Shown here piece by piece: positions 29,325 through 42,871 of a DNA stretch of 64,000 nucleotides (positions are counted from its first letter, which is position 1; each line of letters starts with the position of its first letter). Position numbers and translations under genes: made by a program. Origin of the DNA: Eledone cirrhosa. Lineage: Eukaryota. Location: positions 24,490,001-24,554,000 of the forward strand of contig OZ024743.1 in assembly GCA_964016885.1 (NCBI GenBank). Direction: 5' to 3'. The notes under the pieces were generated by a model that made no database searches, was not told the DNA's origin, and worked only from the letters and a program-made list of their open reading frames with translations.

Positions 29325-30272
29325 ACTCTCGTATAAAAGAAGCCGACAAAGGAGGCATTGTCATCATTATGGACACTAAGCATTACAACAACATGGTATA
29401 AAGTATACTACAAGACAATACATACTATGAAGAAACCAAAGACTGCTAACTCCTTAAAGTGATACACAAACTCAGATTTACTACACTCATATCAAAACTG
29501 CCCAACTGCTAAAGAATTAGATTATCTCACTAATTTGAAATGTAAAGCGAGTAATATTTATGGTTTGCCGAAAGTACATAAACTATTAATTAATGAGACA
29601 TGCAAAATGTCGAAAACCAATTGTGTTAATATTCCCATACCAACTGACTTAAAACTAAGACCTGTTATAGCAGGCCAAATTTTCTAAACACACCGCCTAA
29701 GCAATTACTTAGACATTTTATTGAAACCTCTCTTCAAACACATTCGGAGTTTCATATGAGATGATTCAGATTTTCTCAACCATCTACTTACATAGTCTCT
29801 TTGGATGTTGTGAGCCTATACAGTAATAGTTCACACGATTACGGAATCAAATCCATCACATACCGGTTAGAGTCATTCCTTAATCCCGCCGAGGTTAACT
29901 TTGCCTGTCATCCTTAAGGGGGTCGATAAAATAAAGTACCAGTAATGTACTGTTTAATTTCTGGCCTTGTGCCAAAAGTAGAAACAATTATTAAGAATTT
30001 CATATTAAGGGCGGTGGATTGGCAGTATCGGTAGAGGGTCGGATGCCATGCTTTGCAGCAAAGAGTTACGGCCCTTTATGGTCTGAGTTCAAACCCCGCC
30101 GAGGTTAACTTTACCTTTCATCTTTACGGGGTCGATATAATAAAGTACCAGTAATACACTGGGATAATTGCTGGCCTTGTGCCAAAAGTAGAAACAATTG
30201 TTAAGAATTTCATATCTACTATCATTAAGAAGTTCATCGTAGACGGAATTGAATTCATTTTAAAAAACAATT
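29325..30272 (+). pseudogene. Penelope-like element (PLE) reverse transcriptase remnant interrupted by two SINEs
   Basis: IKEADKGGIVIIMDTKHY, FYGLPKVHK, LKLRPVIAG, RLSNYLDILLKPL, SLDVVSLYSN; resumes after the SINEs as KKFIVDGIEFILKNN. ADKG and LPK.HK are PLE RT hallmarks. Confidence 0.85.
29882..30200 (+). mobile_element. Two major SINEs nested in the PLE remnant
   Basis: Truncated copy 29882-29990; full copy 30006-30200 with 15-bp TSD TTAAGAATTTCATAT (29991-30005 / 30201-30215). Confidence 0.9.
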
Positions 30273-30889
30273 AAGTCATGTAAAAACGCTGTAAACACAG
30301 CTGAACCGGTAAAATTCTTTCCAAATCACTCTGCCGATATTTTTCAAAATAAAAATGAACATATTGTACATACAGCCCATGAAACATGGGTTGATCATGG
30401 CTAAAATGCTTTTTGTCATAGGATAGTTTGATAAGGGCAGATGTGGGAAATCTGTGAAAGATAAGATGGACAGGGCATATTGTATTCTTACTGTTTAATC
30501 TGAGAAGGAAGGGTACTGTACATGTCTATTTTTAAAGCTAGGTGGGGCTTTTGTGAAGACAGGTGGGAAGAAGGGGAGAAGTTATCCTCAGACAGACGAA
30601 CTGGTCCGAATGCTTGCAATGGCGTAAACAGGGCTAAAGTCACCTAAGACGTGGAATACTTTTAATCGGGGCAAATCTTTCTATCCCTCTATGTAGAGGC
30701 TCTCTGGCATAATAATCAGTAAATACTAATCCTGTGACAGAGGTCTATGTAATCTTTGAGAAAGTGAAAATCGTATCTTTATATCAAGGGCTGACATTTT
30801 CATTTTCGGTTAATTTCTAACGTAATTTTTTTAAAGGTTTTGTTAATTTTTATGAATTCCATTCGCCTCACCTGATACATACATACATA

Positions 30890-31217
30890 CATGGTGGCTG
30901 CCAACTCGTTTTCGAGTACGGCCACTACTTTATATCCATGTAGGAGAACTCCTACCGCTGCACTGAACGAGTGTGACTTTTTAGTCCAGCCAGCGACTTG
31001 AAAACTCTGGTACAAACACTACACTTGTGACAATTATTGACACATAGTGCTGGACCCATGGTACCATGTGACGACAAGTGCAGAGAGATCTCCAGATATA
31101 AAGCAATGCCTGCGCCGTGAAGCTTTTATAGTGAGCAAAGGCACTGCACAAAGCCAGTCCCACTCTCTTAACCAAGATGATATTTACCAAAAAGAAATAC
31201 ATACATACATACATACA

Positions 31218-31248
<31 letters not shown>

Positions 31249-31582
31249 GTACATACATACATACGTACGTACATGCTTGCATACGTACATGTACACCTAT
31301 CATTGGATACCATCAGGGTTGCAGGTGTTATATCAGAGTTTTCCTTCTCCTAGAATTCTGCCTTGACAAAGGCTAAGGGGTCATCTCTCCCGGTGATTTT
31401 GGATTGCCATTGACTCTTAAGAGCTCCTTTGCCCTTTGACAGGTTTGTTTTTAGTCCTGCAGGATGTCCAAAGTCACCCTCCTCACCAAGAAACCTTGGT
31501 GGGGTTGCCAGTTTAGTCGCCAACGACCGACCATGAGACATGTTGTACTGGGATACATGTTACCAGTAGCACCAACTGGTGC
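30890..31582 (-). mobile_element. RTE-type 5'UTR-derived element split by a (CATA)n tract
   Basis: Minus strand has TTCTAGGAGAAGGAAAACTCTGA (recalled as typical of RTE 5'UTRs) and is colinear with 7190-7345, 27862-27915, 56185-56385(-), 58855-59020 and 59843-60003. Confidence 0.65.
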
Positions 31583-32193
31583 ATACATACATACATACAT
31601 ACATACATACATACATACATACATACATACATACATACATACATACATACATACATACATACATACTTATAAACGTAAGTACGTACATGCAAGAGCTCGT
31701 ATGGAAACACACTCCCGCCAGTTGGCAATCTGACAGCGATTGTTACTCGAAGCCATAGTAGAGTTTTGTCGGCTGAGCCTAGACCCGGGGGAGTGCAGTG
31801 GAAGTGAGAGTAGAAGGGGGCCCCTGAATATATTTATGTATAAGTTATATTGAGTTAATCCCGGAAATCCCTCTTGGGGATCAAGCTTAGGCAATAAACT
31901 GAGTAGGTTCTTCTTGTCAGTGAATGATCACAGGAATTTTAGAGGCATTATCATAGAATGGAATAACGTTATTTGTTATAAACCTCCTCAGTATATGAAC
32001 CCACCTTCTCCTCCCTCCCCAATACCAAAAGTAACATCAATAACATAAATAATAATAGCAACAACTACGGCAATAAACAGCAACAACAATAACAACAACG
32101 ACTGTAAATACAATAACAATATACTTTGGTGGGTTACCGGTTGGTTGATTGTGAAGGATGAAAGGTTGTACTGTGTGTATTTCTATCTCTGTA

Positions 32194-32313
<120 letters not shown>

Positions 32314-32412
32314 TGTACGTTTATGTGAGTATAGGTGTACATATGTGTATGTGAGCGCGCGCACTTGTTTGTTTGAGTGTGTGTGATTGTTTTGTGTGTG
32401 TGTGTATGTGTA

Positions 32413-32480
<68 letters not shown>

Positions 32481-32609
32481 CGTGTGCGTGTGCGTGTGTG
32501 TGTGTGTGTGTGAGACAGAGAGAGAGAGAGAGAGAAGATGGTTGTTTTGATACGGTGGTTTCTGTACTGGTTAGAGGTAACAATGATGATGAATGATGGT
32601 GACAAAAGA

Positions 32610-32640
<31 letters not shown>

Positions 32641-32653
32641 GTGATGACAACGA

Positions 32654-32960
32654 TAATAATTGTTTCTACTTTTCGCACAAGGCCAGCAATTATTCCAGTG
32701 TATTACTGGTACTTTATTTTATCGACCCCGTAAGGTTGAAAGGCAAAGTTAACCTGGGCGGGATTTGAACTCAGACCGTAAAGGGACGTAACTATGCTAG
32801 AAAGCATGGCGTCAGACCCTCTACTAGTACTGCCAATTCACAACGATAATAATTGTTTCTACCTCCGGCACAAGGCCGGTAATTACTCAGTATGTTACTG
32901 GTACTTTATTTTATCGACCTCGTAAGGATGAAAGGCAAAGTTAGCCTCGGCAGGATTTAT
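32654..32960 (-). mobile_element. One full and one truncated major SINE
   Basis: Reverse-complement consensus, twice. Confidence 0.85.
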
Positions 32961-33406
32961 GAGGAAAAGTATGAGGAGGAGAAGAATGAATAGGGGTGGT
33001 GGGAGGGGAAGAAGAGCAAATTAGGATTGTAATGTTAATGAAGTATGTTGATGGGGATGTAATTAGTAATTATGATGAGTGTGATGAGAATGGCATAAAT
33101 GATGACACTGATGGTGATGGTGATGATGATGGTATGTCTTAGTCGTGGTGGTGACGGCGTCGTGAATGTTTTTGTTTTCTTTTTGACAGGAAAAGGTGGA
33201 ATGAAAGTGGAAAGTGTTGTTTATAAACAATTCAGCACATATCCCTAGCGGTAGGAGTGCGGGTCTATGTGTGTATATGTTAGTAAGTATGTAAACGCGT
33301 GTTTATATATATATATTATGTATTATATATATATTTATGTGTGTGTTTGTGTATATATATATATATAATATATATATATATATACATATATGTAAGTATG
33401 TTTATA

Positions 33407-33478
<72 letters not shown>

Positions 33479-33509
33479 TATATATATACATATATACATA
33501 TATATATAT

Positions 33510-33607
<98 letters not shown>

Positions 33608-33786
33608 CCATGTATATCAGTATGTGTATGCTTATATAAACACATATCAGTGTATCTGTACTTGAATGCTTAAGTAAATCGTGGTTTCATGTATATTTGT
33701 AGATCAGTAAAGCAATGTTCCATATTTAATCAGAAAAATGAAATATATCTATATAATGGCATCTGAAAAAGACCAAAGAAAAAACG

Positions 33787-33818
<32 letters not shown>

Positions 33819-34063
33819 CCCATGTGTGCTGATACTCATCTTTTTCTATTCAGTGATTTTATACACCTGGTTATAAGACTATTTTATTTAGTCGAAAAGT
33901 TACTGCGAAGCCTCCTATTTTAATTTTCATATATAAATATATACTTTTTAACAACCTCGAAACCATGAAAGTCGAAGTTGATGCCGGCGGGATTTGAACT
34001 CAAAGTGCAAAGCATTCTAACAAATTTGCAAAATCGCCTACACACACACTCACACACACACAC

Positions 34064-34098
<35 letters not shown>

Positions 34099-34238
34099 CT
34101 ATTTATCTATTATTTCTTCATAGGTGCCTTTTAATCTTATAGCCTGGTTTAATTGGTTTTTTGTGTGGTTGATTATGTTGATTGGGAGAGGAAATAGTGT
34201 ATATATCTTATCAAATGATTCTATGGACATAATTTATA

Positions 34239-34271
<33 letters not shown>

Positions 34272-34274
<3 letters not shown>

Positions 34275-34414
34275 CGAAGGAAGTGTGGTAAGAAACCAGG
34301 TGGACCATAACGCACCAGAGTACTCAATACTTAGGGTAGTAGTGTGGGTAATAGGAGAATGTTCAAGACCCCGACGGCAGAGCTCAAGCCGTTTCGACGG
34401 CTATTTCTGGACTA
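34272..34414 (-). mobile_element. Fold-back family copy B (single arm, ends at the fold-back axis)
   Basis: Reverse complement of ~39372-39511; ends TCTGGACTAA; begins in (TA)n. Confidence 0.85.
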
Positions 34415-34677
34415 ACACACATGTATATATATATATATATATGTGCGTGTGTGTGTGTTCGGAATTTCCTTACTATGATGTCCTGGTGCTACTCTCGTGT
34501 TACCTGGTAACATTGGAATTGAAACGTGCGTAAACATTAATAAATTGATTTAAAGTATCACCTCTAGTAGTCACCTGATTTAAATGATTGTGCTCTGTAT
34601 TCTTCCATAGGTGATTAATACATTGACCTTTATAGCATTTCGTAATGAACGTGTACCATACCCACCTTTATTCATCT

Positions 34678-34740
<63 letters not shown>

Positions 34741-34822
34741 AAATAAATTACCGGAGTCATAGACTCGCGTTAGTCCCTGTAATTTATGAGCTCAAAGGAA
34801 AAAGAACCCTGGGCTCTTCAAC

Positions 34823-35375
34823 TATAATATATAAAAAAAGATAACACACGAGAGAGAGTGTGTGTTTATCAATGTACAGGGAAAACCACCAGTGTATGGT
34901 ATCTATAAACTACGGAAGGTGAGGTAGATGCATAATAATTATAAATATAAATCAGAATGAATTTATCCACCTTTATAACTATCACACACGTACAAACCCA
35001 AAGAGATTTGTTTTGCCAAAAGATTAGTGTACGGAATGAAATACTCAGGTTCATCAACGTGTGGTAAGTGAATACATTCCAAACAACTCTAAGAGAACTT
35101 AAGATGACTGAGTTGTTTGGAATGTATTCACTTACCACACGTTGATGAACCTGAGTATTTCATTCCGTACACGAATCTTTTGGCGAAACAAATCTCTTTG
35201 AGTTTGTACGTGTGTGATAGTTATAAAGGTGGGTAAATTCATTCTGCTTTATATTTTTAATTATTATGCATCTACCTCACCTTTCGTAGTTTATAGATAC
35301 CATACACTGGTGGTTTTCCCTGTACATTGATAAACACACACTCTCTCTCGTGTGTTACCTTTTCTATATATTATA
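34823..35375. repeat. Long palindrome, ~265-bp arms with 20-bp spacer; PLE pseudo-LTR-like
   Basis: 34823-35089 is the reverse complement of 35110-35375 with scattered mismatches; each arm holds a hammerhead-like fold. Confidence 0.9.
35136..35214 (+). ncRNA. Type I hammerhead ribozyme, variant core (UUGAUGA)
   Basis: Stem I CACACG/CGTGTG; TTGATGA 35142-35148; long weak stem II; GAAA 35185-35188; stem III ACAAA..CTC-TTT-GAG..TTTGT; GUA cleavage triplet ending 35208. Confidence 0.7.
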
Positions 35376-35812
35376 TATATAGGAGATGAATATATATATA
35401 TAAAGTCTTTATTTTCAATGGATTTCCGCATGGATTATCCATTTATTTTGAAACTTGAAACCGTACGGTAAGGGTAATTACAGCAGGTACAGTGAATTTT
35501 TAAAATTTATTTTAAAACTTTTTGTTATTTGCTAAACCTTGATTATATATGTTCTGGCTCGTTAATTTATTAACCTGCCATAGAACCACATTGGCATACG
35601 GTTGGATAATACATGTGTCCCTATATGTATTTTGCGTGTAGGGATATATACTTTATTATTATTAATCTCCCCTGGTCGAGATAACATTTGGTCGTTTTAA
35701 CTGCTGCTACTTCTAGTGGCAGTGGATTGACCTTTCCGCCTCTGCCTTCTATCTCTGCACACGGCACTAGACAGAATTGTTTCTTCATCATACACTCTCA
35801 TCTCGGGATGAG

Positions 35813-36345
35813 GGTGTTTGCATAGCCGTAGCTATGCAAACAACTGGGGGCTAACGCCCTCTGGTGATGTCCAGCAGAAGCAAGGGGGACAACCGTCTAT
35901 GCATTTCGGGCTTAACGCCGGTGTTTGCATAGTTACGGCTTCCTAAAACCGTATTTCCTTGGAGATACGAAATATTTATGCATATTGTATAAAGCTATGC
36001 TTGAAGCGAAATCCTATTTCTTTTTTATTATAAGTTGTGCCAACTGATGCAGCTTCATATGCAAATGAGATTAATCACCTCATTTACACAGACGAGAAAA
36101 GTATATTTTCTCGCCTGTCTTCTAGTCCAGCACTCGCAAGCGGCGGGAGGGACCGTCCTGACGAAGGCTAGTTAAGCCTGAAATGCATAGACGGTTGTCC
36201 CCCTTGCTTCTGCTGGACATCACCAGAGGGCGTTATCCCCCCGGTGTTTGCATAACTACGGCTTCCTAAAATCGTATTTCCTTGGAGATACGAAATATTT
36301 ATACATATTGTATAAAGCTATGCTTGAAGCGAAATCCTATTTCTT
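35813..36345 (+). mobile_element. PLE pseudo-LTR-type insertion with inverted and direct partial duplications
   Basis: 35824-35916 is the reverse complement of 36171-36263; 35918-36022 is a direct repeat of 36241-36345; contains an intact hammerhead. Confidence 0.8.
36152..36195 (+). ncRNA. Minimal type I hammerhead ribozyme, intact core
   Basis: ACCGTC CTGACGA AGGCT-AGTTA-AGCCT GAAA TGCA TA GACGGT: 6-bp stem I, 5-bp stem II, palindromic stem III loop, cleavage after 36189. Confidence 0.9.
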
Positions 36346-36419
36346 GGTTCTTATATATTTGATATATATTTATCCTTATCGAGCCCTCTTTGGATTTTAG
36401 TCTTCAAATTTATTATTAT

Positions 36420-36476
<57 letters not shown>

Positions 36477-37024
36477 GATTTAGTGAATGGAGTAAAATTT
36501 TACTATTTTCTTCGGAGTTGGAGACTGAAAGCAAACAAAAACTAAATTTCTTTAAAGTCTCTCAAGAAGAAGGGAAGATAATTTCAGGAAATCCAAAATC
36601 CAAAATTTTATTTATATTCATGGAAAAAACACACTGACCTTTGGTGTAGACAAGGGACAATTAGATACGTACGTCTTGTCAGTTAAAATTCGTCAACATG
36701 GTAACGTTTCAACCTGCCTAATTCTTTTTCTATATGCATAAAGGTGTTTGTTCTGCAAGCTAGTTAAGACGCTACTGTTCGTATAACAATTTCTAATATA
36801 AGCATGTGGCCAAACAATTCAGATCCAGGGTAGGGAATGTTTTTTTAAATCAACTCCAGTACTTGACTGGCAATGTATTTTATTCACCTGCAGATGGATG
36901 AAAGATAAAATTGAACAAAAGAATTTCCGCAAAGCATTTTTTCTAGTCTTCTACCTCTTGAAGATGAAGTAAAGGACTATATAATGATGATGATGTTGAT
37001 GAGAGTGACGGTAATAATGATAAT

Positions 37025-37245
37025 TATAATTGTTTCTATGTTAGGCACAAGGCCAGCAATTTGAAGGGGAAGGGAAAGTCAATTAAATCGACCCCAGTGC
37101 ATTACTGGTGCTTTATTTCATCCACCTCGTAAGGATGAAAGGTAAAGATAACCTCGGTGGACTTGAACTCAGGACGTAAAGGGCGGTAACTCTATGCCAC
37201 TAATATTGTTGTCCGACGCTCTACCGATACTGCTAATTCATCACC
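37025..37245 (-). mobile_element. Full-length major SINE
   Basis: Reverse-complement consensus with (ATT)n tail. Confidence 0.85.
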
Positions 37246-38398
37246 GTTAGATAGAGACTCTGGTGCACCTGGAAATGTAGTAGAAACGCACATAAAGTTT
37301 TTAAAACAGCAACAACAATAATAATTAAATTTAAAAGATACAATAAAATATGAAGGTTAGAAATATTCAAGAAGGGGCCATAAACCTACACTTTAACACA
37401 TTCACAGAAGCACATGTACACCCACATAAACGAGCAACGGTTTTCCTCCTGTAGGAACACGGACACATACAAAAATACAGGCGCTCAAGCGGACGTACAT
37501 TATAAGCTCACACGTCCGCTGCACACTTATACATATATAATAAGATACTAAGACTGTAAGAAACAAGTAATCGTCAATGACAAAAGGAAAAGGGAAGAAA
37601 ATCACAACACTGCCTAAACACAACACTTTCATAAACATATAAATAAATAAACAAATAAATAAATAAATATATATCTATATATATATATATCTATATATAT
37701 ATATATCTATATATATATAGGAATATATATATTTTTAAATATATTGAAAACATTTTTTAAATTTCAAAAAAGATAAGGAGAGAGAAAAAAACAGTAACTT
37801 ATTCATGAGAAACTAAGGGAAAAAACGATGACACGAAACAAGTATTTTTGGCTTGATACTTGAAGAAAGAAGGAAAGAAAGAAAGAAAGAAGGAAAGAAA
37901 GTAAGAAAGAAAGAAAGAAATATGGATATGAAGAAAGGTAAAAAAGGTAGAGTAAAATATAAAGGAGGGAAAAGAGTTCTTTCCACCCCTAAAAAGCAAA
38001 TAACTCCTCTCTGCTGCTTGTAATGGGAGAGACACGTGGACACGACTGTGTCACATTTTTGTGATGGTGACCACGTGAACAACAACAACGACGTCTGGTG
38101 GCCATTATCAACAACAAGTGTATGCAATCTGAACAGTGAAAACAGACCGTTGCATTTTCATTGTAAATTTTATTTTTCCCGTTTTTTTTTCGTCACCCCT
38201 AAGACAGCGTCATTATCATTATAATCAGTAGTAGTAGTAGTAGTAGTTGTTGTTCTTGATGGTGCTGCGGTTTTTGTTATTGTTATTGTTGCAAAAGTCA
38301 TTATATTCAATATATTCATTTATTCCTTTCTAACTATTTATTTATTCATATACCTATTTCTTTATATTATATGTTATCTGCATAATACATATATGTGC

Positions 38399-38431
<33 letters not shown>

Positions 38432-38433
38432 CT

Positions 38434-38505
<72 letters not shown>

Positions 38506-38530
38506 CATACCTACTTATATACACACGAAA

Positions 38531-38596
<66 letters not shown>

Positions 38597-38600
38597 TATA

Positions 38601-38656
<56 letters not shown>

Positions 38657-39314
38657 TAGATACTCATATATGTGTATACATAGACACGCGTGTATGGGTG
38701 ATGTTTTGCCTTATATTTCTTTCCGCCTGTCTGTATGTTTGTTGGTTTATGTTACTCTTTATATTTATATTCATTCATATTAATACGTACGGGGGTCGCC
38801 GTAAAATGGGTGGCCTCATTGACTTTCAACATTTTAACAACAGAAAATAGATTAGCTATAATGTGAATCGGAAAGAGGGCAAAATAAATCGGCAAAAATA
38901 ACAGCCGAACAAAAAGTAAAATAACTAGAGAGCACAAAAAAAACCTTTTGATAAGGAGGTATAATAAATAATATATCGTTATCAAATAATTATAAAAGAG
39001 ACCCGCTTTTTGACATTTCACTCAATGCCTGTGATTTGTCGGATTATGTTTTGTGCTTTTTTTCTGGTATATTTTTTCAATCGGATATTACGAGGTAAAG
39101 ACAATAAAGCGAAGAAAATAATATATTTTAAATTAATAATAGGCGTCATGTTGACAAACACGAGTTATAAAGGTTTATGGATAGCCAAACAACTTGATGT
39201 ACTGGGCCGGTTGCTTGTGCTTATTATATCAATGCCCATTATCGAGTATATATATATATGTGTGTGTGTGTGTGTACATAAATATATATGTATATATATA
39301 TGTATATATATATA

Positions 39315-39508
39315 TATAGGAACAAGTAAGACCCCGACGGCTGAGCTCAAGCCGTTTCGACGGCTAATTCTAGTCCAGAATTAGCCGTCGAAACGGCTTG
39401 AGCTCAGCCGCCAGGGTCTTACTTGTTCCTATTACCCACTCTACTACCCTAAGTATTGAGTACTTTGGTGCGTTATGGTCCACCTGGTTCATTACCACAT
39501 TTCCTTCG

Positions 39509-39511
<3 letters not shown>
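39315..39511 (+). mobile_element. Fold-back mini-element copy C
   Basis: Arms ATAGGAACAAGTAAGACCC...GCTAATTCT / AGAATTAGC...CTTACTTGTTCCTAT plus ~80-bp tail; (TA)n on both sides. Confidence 0.9.
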
Positions 39512-39567
<56 letters not shown>

Positions 39568-42500
39568 AAAAATGAAATTTCATTTCTCACTCTTAGTACG
39601 GCTGATACTTAAATATAAGTATGTATACGTACATACATATATATATACAGACGTACAGTAGTATGTATATACATACATATATGCACACATATATCTATGT
39701 ACGTATGGGTTTACCGAGCATTTATTATAATGTTCGGGGCAGAGATTCTTAGTCTTCATTAAGACATCTCTCGAGAAAAATAATAGGTAAATGTCTACCT
39801 ATGCTTTCAGAGATATACATCTCGGGAAAAAAAGTTTTATTGCATTAATGCAATCTTACTTCACATTTATATGAGTTTTTGAATAACGAAATATCTTCTA
39901 AACATTTTCAAATCTTTGTACGATAAAAAGTTTTAGAAAAATAATAAGCACTGGAATTTTATCGCATAAAAACATCTTTTCTAACAACTCCTGCTATAAC
40001 CAATTAATAGCTTTAACGTATTTAATATATTTGTGAAAAACACTGATAATGTCCAAAAAATATATATATACACAAGTTTATGCTTTTGTCACCCATTGCC
40101 TCATCACCCTAGTAGTTTACGACTGTTGGTCCGGGGTTGTTTATTCTTCATTCAGGTGTCCGCTTATATCGTAACTAGCCATCATACCTGGTGGCTGTAT
40201 CGCTATCTGCCACCTGCAGCCCATTCTCTAACAGAACAGCTCTGGGTGACGTGGGATGAACGCCTTATAGATAGGGAGTAGGACCATATGGACGAGGCCA
40301 GGTGCTACTGGCTAGATATAGTCGGGATTTCCCCAGCAACATTCCGTGGCCTTAGTACTGCAGATTTGCATGGAGGTTGGAAACTCCACTATTCAGGTGT
40401 GGGGCCAGAAATGACTGCACAGACGGGAGTGAGGATTCTCACAAGCCCCGACGGTCGGAATGTGTTATAGGCTGAATTCTATTAGGAGGGAAGATTTGTT
40501 TCTTGAAGCTTAAGCTAAAAGATATGTCTCTGTAGATGGTTAAGATTGTGCACCAAACAAGCAGCTTGGATACAGTTCCTTCCTTGATGAAGAAATTGCA
40601 GCGTTAGATACACTTTCCACTGAGTCATATATCTTAATGGGAGACTTCAATGAACATGTTGGCACTGACTACTTGACATGGAAAGTAATGATTGGAAGGA
40701 ACGGTGATCTCGATCTAAATACGAATGGAGAGGCCTTATCAGGCTTCTTTTCTAGTAATGGGTTATCTATTATGAACACCTTCCAGCACAATCCATAAAT
40801 ATACATGGTATAAGGGGAATCAGGGACAGAGATCAATATGCGATTTTGTTATTGTCTCTGATCTCTTCGATACTGTGCTGGATGTTCGTGTTAAGAGAAG
40901 GACTGAGCTGTCAACTGATCACCACCTAGTTATCTCAAACCTGAGTTTACCTAAAGTAAAGAAAGCCCACAAACCTAGCAAGTCCAGGTCGACCTACAGG
41001 ATAAAGTGGAAAGCTTTGGCGAATAAAGAAGTCAGGACCAGACACACGGATACTATTGCATCCAAATCCAGAGAATTCCTTGGGCAAACTGTGGACGTTG
41101 AAGCGGAGCGGAAACTGTTAAAATCGGTAGTTTCTTCTTCAGCTGTTAACGGCTGCGAATGGAAGAGGTTTGGTGGGGCGCCGGGTGGTAGGAGAGCCCC
41201 TTGGTTCAATCAAGAATTCAAAGACGTCAAACGAGCAAATAAGGAGGCCGACACAGATTAGCTTGAAAATAATACCTCCTTCTTGCACTTGCAGCATAAG
41301 CAGGCGCAAAAAGTCTCAGTAGAAACAGTAAAGGCGTCGAAAGTTAAGATATGGGAGGACTTTGGGGTTAAGCTGGAATCCGATTTCAGGTCATGAAATA
41401 AAGTGTTCTGGCAGACTATCCACCTACTTCGTAATAAGAAGTCATCCTCATCACCTGCTACCAGGAACGCATCTGTGGTTCTCTTCTATGCAGAGAGGTG
41501 CATCCTCGCGAGCTGTAGAGAATAGCTTGCTGATCTCTTAAACTTGGCCACAACAGTATCCTTTGATGTACACAAAGTGCTTCTAGGAGTGATGACTAAT
41601 CTCACGGATGCTAAGGTCACAAGAACAATTAAATGTGACAAGGCCGTTAGGGAGGATGAAATTCAGCCCGAGATATTAAAAGACTTAAATAAAGGAGGTA
41701 TTATCTGGCTGGCTCGTGTGTGCTGGAAAGGCACATATTGCAATAGCAATCAGAGGTGATACTCCGAATTATCAAAGAGGACGAGAGATTTCTGTATTCA
41801 TAGAGGGATCTCATTGTTAAGCCCCACCTGTAAAGTCTATGCTGAATGTCTGACAAAGAGATGTAGGGAGATTGTCGAGTCTAGGCTAGCTGGCAGACAG
41901 CGTGGTTTTCGCTCTGGACGCAGCACAGCCGACCAAATATTCACACTGCGGCAGGTCTTTTAGAAATCGTGGGAATACTGTCAAGAGGTATACGGCTGCG
42001 TTCCACGGGACTTTCTGTTGAGAGTTCTGCAGGAGTATGGGATGTATGGAAAGCTTCTTGTTACTCTGATGTCTCTATACAAATGTCCTAGTATTTGTGT
42101 TCGAATAAATGGTAATTATTCGAAACCATTCAATATGAGAGCCGGACTCAACCGAGGATGTGTTCTATCGCCTCTCCTGTTCATAATCTTCATGAACAGG
42201 ATGGACATGCGCAGCCGTGTTAGAAGTGAGATTATGACAGGCGGGTGTAAGATCAGTCAGCTAGAATTTGTAGATATTACTTAACTCGTACTAACTTAAC
42301 TCGGCATGGTATTACTTAACTCGCCAGAAGGGGTTCTCCGACATACACTTGATAGGTTTAAAGCCGAGTGCTGCACGACTGGAATCAGTGCTGTGAAAAC
42401 TGACACTCATGCTCTCAGGGAAGTTTGCGCAGTGCACTCTACATGTACCTAGAGTTCCACTGAAGTAGGTGAAGAATTTCACGTATCTTGGAGTCGTGTT

Positions 42501-42680
42501 CACGAGAGCTGGAAGACTGAAGGCTGAACAACATGCAAGAACTGCAGGAGCTGGAGTAGTAATGTTCCAGTTTCAGCATTCAGTTATGGGAAGAAGGGAG
42601 GTAGCTGTAGAAGCCAAACTCGCCATCTTCAATTCGGTGTTCGTAGCAACTCTTACTGGGGTCATTAATCTTGGGTAATG

Positions 42681-42871
42681 GATTGGCGGGAGAAAGGCAG
42701 TATCGGTCGAGGGTCGGACGCCATGCTTAACAGCATAGAGTTACGGCTCTTTAGGGTCTCAGTTCAAATTCCAACGAGGTTAACTTTGCCTTTCATCCTT
42801 ACAGGGCCGATAAAATAAAGAACCAGTAATACACTGAGATAATTGCTGGCCTTGTGCCAAAGGTAGAAACA
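42681..42871 (+). mobile_element. Major SINE inserted in the RTE
   Basis: 17-bp TSD ATTAATCTTGGGTAATG at 42664-42680 and 42872-42888. Confidence 0.95.
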
